The notes below the pieces were generated by a model. It did no database searches, was not told where the DNA came from, and saw only the letters and a list, made by a program, of their open reading frames with translations. Below are positions 25,802-28,775 of a stretch of 28,775 nucleotides of DNA, piece after piece; position 1 is the first letter of the stretch; every line of letters begins with the position of its first letter. The DNA is from a virus. Taxonomy: Duplodnaviria; Caudoviricetes. The stretch is from IMG/VR virus record IMGVR_UViG_3300033076_000727, positions 1 through 28,775 of that record; one strand, 5' to 3'. The translations under genes were made by a program, and so were the position numbers.

Positions 25802-26239
25802 ATGACTTGGTATTTGAACGGCGAAGAATTTACTTCTGAAATGATCGGTGATTCTATGGGATTTGTTTACAGAATCACCAACAAAACAAACGGTATGAAA
25901 TACATCGGAAAGAAGCTATTCATATCGACAAACAAACTCCCACCACTCAAAGGTAAGACGCGGAAGCGCATTGTTCGCAAAGAATCTGACTGGAAGACGT
26001 ATTTCGGTTCTTCTGATGAAGTCAAGATGCTCGTTGAACAACTTGGTGCTGATGCGTTCCATCGAGAAATCTTGCACCTCTGCAAGACAAAGGGTGAGAT
26101 GTCATACATCGAAGCAAAGTTGCAGTTTCAGTATGATGTGTTATTGCGAGATGACTACTACAACGGGATCATCCAATGCAAGATACACAGGACCCACGCA
26201 AAGAGTCTGAAAAATGTGGTTGACATATTTTCGGAATAA
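25802..26239 (+). CDS. GIY-YIG family endonuclease-like protein
   Basis: GFVYRITN...KYIGKK, ESDWKTYFGSS, FHREIL, YYN. Confidence 0.85.
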   Translation: MTWYLNGEEFTSEMIGDSMGFVYRITNKTNGMKYIGKKLFISTNKLPPLKGKTRKRIVRKESDWKTYFGSSDEVKMLVEQLGADAFHREILHLCKTKGEMSYIEAKLQFQYDVLLRDDYYNGIIQCKIHRTHAKSLKNVVDIFSE

Positions 26240-26250
26240 TGTGATAAACG
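26216..26250 (+). promoter_or_regulatory. Promoter-like repeated element, copy 1
   Basis: GTGGTTGACATATTTTCGGAATAATGTGATAAAC, similar to 27962-27995. Confidence 0.55.
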
Positions 26251-26254
26251 TTAC

Positions 26255-26446
26255 ATGATGAAAACGGAGATGGTGATGGAAGACATCGTGATTGACGAAG
26301 CACGCCGCGTAAACGCGAAACCTTGCTCGTCAGAGTTTGAAATTTCTATGATGGGTGAGATCGCTGAATGGATCATGTCTCAACCCAAAAAATTCGATAC
26401 AATGAAACATGCAATCAACGCATACTGGAGTGAAAAACTTTACTAA
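26255..26446 (+). CDS. Hypothetical protein
   Basis: 63 aa ORF; the true start may be a downstream ATG after GGAG. Confidence 0.55.
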   Translation: MMKTEMVMEDIVIDEARRVNAKPCSSEFEISMMGEIAEWIMSQPKKFDTMKHAINAYWSEKLY

Positions 26447-26643
26447 TGGCTAATCAAACGCAAACTCAATCGGGCGGCATCGGATTCTTCGGTCTCCTCG
26501 CCATCGTATTCATTACCCTAAAACTGACCGGTTATATCGCATGGTCGTGGTGGTGGGTTCTTGCGCCGCTCTGGGCTCCGCTTGCAATCGTGCTCGCAAT
26601 CTTTTTGATTGTGTTACTTTTTGCTGCAGTAGTTCGCAAATAA
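26446..26643 (+). CDS. Small membrane protein
   Basis: GGIGFFGLLAIVFITLKLTGYIAWSWWWVLAPLW, two hydrophobic helices. Confidence 0.8.
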   Translation: MANQTQTQSGGIGFFGLLAIVFITLKLTGYIAWSWWWVLAPLWAPLAIVLAIFLIVLLFAAVVRK

Positions 26644-26654
26644 ATAAGGATATT

Positions 26655-26735
26655 GCCCCCTTGGCGTAATTGGTAGGCGCGGGAGACTTAAAATCTCCTC
26701 TTCGGGTCCCGGTTCGAGTCCGGGAGGGGGCACCA
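26655..26735 (+). tRNA. tRNA-Leu(TAA)
   Basis: GCCCCCT/AGGGGGC acceptor, ACCA end, GGAGA-CTTAAAA-TCTCC anticodon arm, TTCGAGT loop; ATAAATA at 26640-26646 upstream. Confidence 0.93.
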
Positions 26736-26742
26736 AAATCAC

Positions 26743-26985
26743 ATGAAAATCACAGTATCAGACATCGTAGCGCTTGCTAAAGAAGCAGAAAAAGAAAACC
26801 CGCTTATGTGGGAACATCTGAATCTTAATCAAGACGCTGCGTATCAAGTCATTGCTTCAGAAGTCATTGACATGCTAAACGATATTGAAAATGAGAATGA
26901 GCGTTATTTGACGCTCCTTGTCGCAATGGTTCTGAGTCAAATGGAAAATTACGTTCTTAACGTTAAAATCGGTTTGATGAATTGA
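26743..26985 (+). CDS. Hypothetical protein between tRNAs
   Basis: 80 aa ORF filling the inter-tRNA space. Confidence 0.6.
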   Translation: MKITVSDIVALAKEAEKENPLMWEHLNLNQDAAYQVIASEVIDMLNDIENENERYLTLLVAMVLSQMENYVLNVKIGLMN

Positions 26986-26991
26986 CATAAC

Positions 26992-27067
26992 GGGCCTGTA
27001 GCTCAATGGTTAGAGCTGAGCGCTCATAACGCTTAGGTTGGGAGTTCGAGTCTCTCCGGGCCTACCA
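26992..27067 (+). tRNA. tRNA with CAT anticodon, probably tRNA-Ile2 (lysidine) rather than Met
   Basis: 76-nt cloverleaf, GAGCG-CTCATAA-CGCTT, ACCA end; GGGCCTG acceptor resembles bacterial tRNA-Ile; lacks initiator features (three G-C pairs in the anticodon stem, 1:72 mismatch). Confidence 0.85.
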
Positions 27068-27084
27068 AACATTCAGGAGATAAT

Positions 27085-27237
27085 ATGGCAAAGTCTAGTA
27101 TTGATTATACTGAACTAGCAGGACTTCGAATTGCGCTAAGTAATTTAGAACTTGTTGATGTAACATATCAAGACGAAGATTGGTGTGCTATCACTGAATG
27201 GATGAAAGAACGAATTAAACAGTTGACAAACAAATAA
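27085..27237 (+). CDS. Small hypothetical protein (50 aa)
   Basis: AGGAG RBS; MAKSSIDYTELAGLRIALSNLELVDVTYQDEDWCAITEWMKERIKQLTNK*. Confidence 0.6.
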   Translation: MAKSSIDYTELAGLRIALSNLELVDVTYQDEDWCAITEWMKERIKQLTNK

Positions 27238-27250
27238 AGGAATATATAAT
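27223..27250 (+). promoter_or_regulatory. Sigma70-type promoter
   Basis: G-TTGACA-N16-TATAAT. Confidence 0.55.
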
Positions 27251-27413
27251 GGATGTTGTGTCGTTGATCGTATGGTTTGCTATCGCCGCAATTTGTTATG
27301 CGGTTGCAGAACGTAACGGACGTAACCCTGTAATTTGGGGTGCAATCGGAATTCTAACTGGAATTTTTGGATTGATTGTGCTTCTGGTTATGGGTAAACC
27401 TAAAGAACAGTGA
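27249..27413 (+). CDS. Small two-helix membrane protein (54 aa)
   Basis: AAGGA RBS; MDVVSLIVWFAIAAICYAVAERNGRNPVIWGAIGILTGIFGLIVLLVMGKPKEQ*. Confidence 0.65.
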   Translation: MDVVSLIVWFAIAAICYAVAERNGRNPVIWGAIGILTGIFGLIVLLVMGKPKEQ

Positions 27414-27419
27414 AATATT

Positions 27420-27511
27420 GGAAGTGAGACTGGGTAGTCAGAGAGGTCTTATAAGCCTTTTAGCGCCAGATTAGCGTTCTTGACTGGGTTCGAGTCCCAG
27501 CACTTCTACCA
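27420..27511 (+). tRNA. Non-canonical tRNA with TAT anticodon (Ile/AUA-reading) and a long variable arm
   Basis: GGAAGTG/CACTTCT acceptor plus ACCA; T-arm CTGGG-TTCGAGT-CCCAG; anticodon arm GAGGT-CTTATAA-GCCTT; minimal D-arm GACT-GGGT-AGTC. Confidence 0.75.
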
Positions 27512-27537
27512 AATCTTCAACATGAAAAGGAAATACT

Positions 27538-27720
27538 ATGGCTCGTAAAAAGCAAGAAGTGACCCGTGAAGTAGAATCTGTCAACGTTGACTTCGCAGAC
27601 AACGGATTCATTGTTACTTATAGCGGACGCGACGATGATGATAGCTGGACTGATGCTAAAATCGTCGTGAAGACTCTCGATGAAGTCTTTGAAATCATGC
27701 GGAAAATCGCTGTTCTCTGA
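27538..27720 (+). CDS. Hypothetical protein
   Basis: 60 aa; AAAGGA RBS; ADNGFIVTYSGRD. Confidence 0.7.
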   Translation: MARKKQEVTREVESVNVDFADNGFIVTYSGRDDDDSWTDAKIVVKTLDEVFEIMRKIAVL

Positions 27721-27724
27721 TTTC

Positions 27725-27732
27725 TATAAATA
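27725..27732 (+). promoter_or_regulatory. T4 late promoter TATAAATA
   Basis: Perfect consensus, intergenic. Confidence 0.65.
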
Positions 27733-27758
27733 TCTTAGTCTTATATAAGGAGATTAAG

Positions 27759-27959
27759 ATGGCAACATACGCAATAGAACGTGACGGCAAAATTGTTCTT
27801 CATGTAGTTTTTATTGGTGAGGGGTTGTATCGCCCTCATGATATTGTTCCCCTCACCTTCAAAACAGAAAAAGATGCACAGCAAGTTGCAGATGTTCTTA
27901 ACGGGACTGTTGTTGACTATGATGCATACCTACAAGAAGATGTCAAACTTGCCGCATAA
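27759..27959 (+). CDS. Hypothetical protein
   Basis: 66 aa; AAGGAG RBS. Confidence 0.7.
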   Translation: MATYAIERDGKIVLHVVFIGEGLYRPHDIVPLTFKTEKDAQQVADVLNGTVVDYDAYLQEDVKLAA

Positions 27960-27961
27960 AC

Positions 27962-27995
27962 GTGGTTGACATTATTTCGAAATAATCCGATATTC
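27962..27995 (+). promoter_or_regulatory. Promoter-like repeated element, copy 2, with a palindromic spacer
   Basis: GTGGTTGAC-ATTATTTCGAAATAAT-CCGATATTC. Confidence 0.6.
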
Positions 27996-28027
27996 ATCGT
28001 ATGAATGATACATCATGAGGAGTTGAT

Positions 28028-28225
28028 GTGACTAAACTGTATCTTACTTGCGTGACATTTGTTCTGTTTACGCTAGCAACCTTCGGCATTGTTCTGCCGT
28101 TTCTATTCTCTGCTGCATCCACTGAACTTGTTGGGCTCGGCATCGCCGCACTGATTACATATCCCGTAGTGGCATATCAGTTCGTGAAAAACATTGAAAA
28201 ACAACTCAAAAAGGTCTCTAAATAA
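28028..28225 (+). CDS. Small membrane protein
   Basis: GAGGAG RBS, GTG start, two hydrophobic helices, coupled to the next gene. Confidence 0.7.
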   Translation: MTKLYLTCVTFVLFTLATFGIVLPFLFSAASTELVGLGIAALITYPVVAYQFVKNIEKQLKKVSK

Positions 28226-28775
28226 TGAAACTTCGTAATGTCGCTCTGATGGCTCTGCTTGTTGGGTCAGTTGCTGCTTGTAGCACTGTTCCTGCTGGTC
28301 ACGTTGGTGTGAAAGTTTATCTGCTTGGCGGCAGCAAAGGTGTTGATTCGGAAGAACTCGGTGTCGGTCGTTATTGGATCGGCATGAATGAGGAACTGTA
28401 TCTGTTCCCGACCTTCATGCAGAACTATGTGTGGACTCGTGACGCGACTGAAGGTTCGCCCAATGACGAATCTATCTCTTTCCAAACTTCTGACGGCATG
28501 ACTGCAAACGCAGACATCGGTATTTCTTATTCTATCGACCCGACTAAAGTGACGGAAATCTTCCAGAAGTATCGTCGTGGTGTTGATGAAATCACCGATA
28601 CCTTCCTGCGCAACATGGTTCGTGACTCGCTTGTGAAAGAAGCATCTAGCAAGAATATCGAGTTTGTTTACGGCGCAGGTAAAGCAGATCTGATCGCTGC
28701 TGTTCAGAAGGACGTTGCAGCACAAGTTGCACCTATCGGCATCAAAGTTGATAAGATCTACTGGATCGGTGACAT
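28225..28775 (+). CDS. SPFH / band-7 domain lipoprotein, 3' truncated by the window
   Basis: Manual translation MKLRNVALMALLVGSVAAC-STVPAGHVGVKVYLLGGSKGV...FPTFMQNYVW...FQTSDGM...; lipobox VAAC; frame open to the window end. Confidence 0.85.
   Translation, partial: MKLRNVALMALLVGSVAACSTVPAGHVGVKVYLLGGSKGVDSEELGVGRYWIGMNEELYLFPTFMQNYVWTRDATEGSPNDESISFQTSDGMTANADIGISYSIDPTKVTEIFQKYRRGVDEITDTFLRNMVRDSLVKEASSKNIEFVYGAGKADLIAAVQKDVAAQVAPIGIKVDKIYWIGD

Noticed and set aside
513-28725. Numerous minus-strand and alternate-frame ORFs in the track (e.g. 10847-11416, 15040-15528, 28267-28725, 8787-9269)
   Set aside because: They are shadows of well-supported plus-strand genes, with no recognisable motifs or RBS
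1-28775. CRISPR array or tandem repeat array
   Set aside because: No regularly spaced direct repeats were seen
1-28775. Stop-codon reassignment (TAG is rarely used as a stop)
   Set aside because: Genes are full length under the standard code, at least one ends in TAG (24886), and no suppressor tRNA is present

Overview
This window is a fragment of a large T4-like (myovirus-type) phage genome, with every supported gene on the + strand. An alphaproteobacterial host is suggested, but not shown, by a ROSE-like hsp20 leader and the promoter style. Core genes are family-B DNA polymerase (gp43), UvsX, gp41 helicase, gp61 primase, ThyX, class I ribonucleotide reductase (nrdB then nrdA, resembling the NrdAi/NrdBi 'class Id' type), a DenV-like glycosylase, Hsp20, Dps, a GIY-YIG nuclease and four tRNAs. 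Both sigma70-type (GTTGACA) and T4 late-type (ATAAATA) promoters are present. The most striking feature is a late-promoter-driven cassette of five genes at 9241-13399: a PD-(D/E)XK nuclease, an RNA-ligase-like enzyme, a pol-beta nucleotidyltransferase, a HIGH-family nucleotidyltransferase and a HAD phosphatase. Each protein starts with a peptide resembling the T4 capsid-targeting sequence and is His-rich and Cys-free. This suggests an enzyme kit packaged in the virion and injected with the DNA, possibly for RNA repair or counter-defence. Other candidates are an independently transcribed structured RNA (8435-8615), a leader with a duplicated covarying RNA motif (14389-14503), a ROSE-like RNA thermometer, and a non-canonical long-variable-arm tRNA with a UAU anticodon. 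All family calls come from motif recognition by eye; no searches were run.
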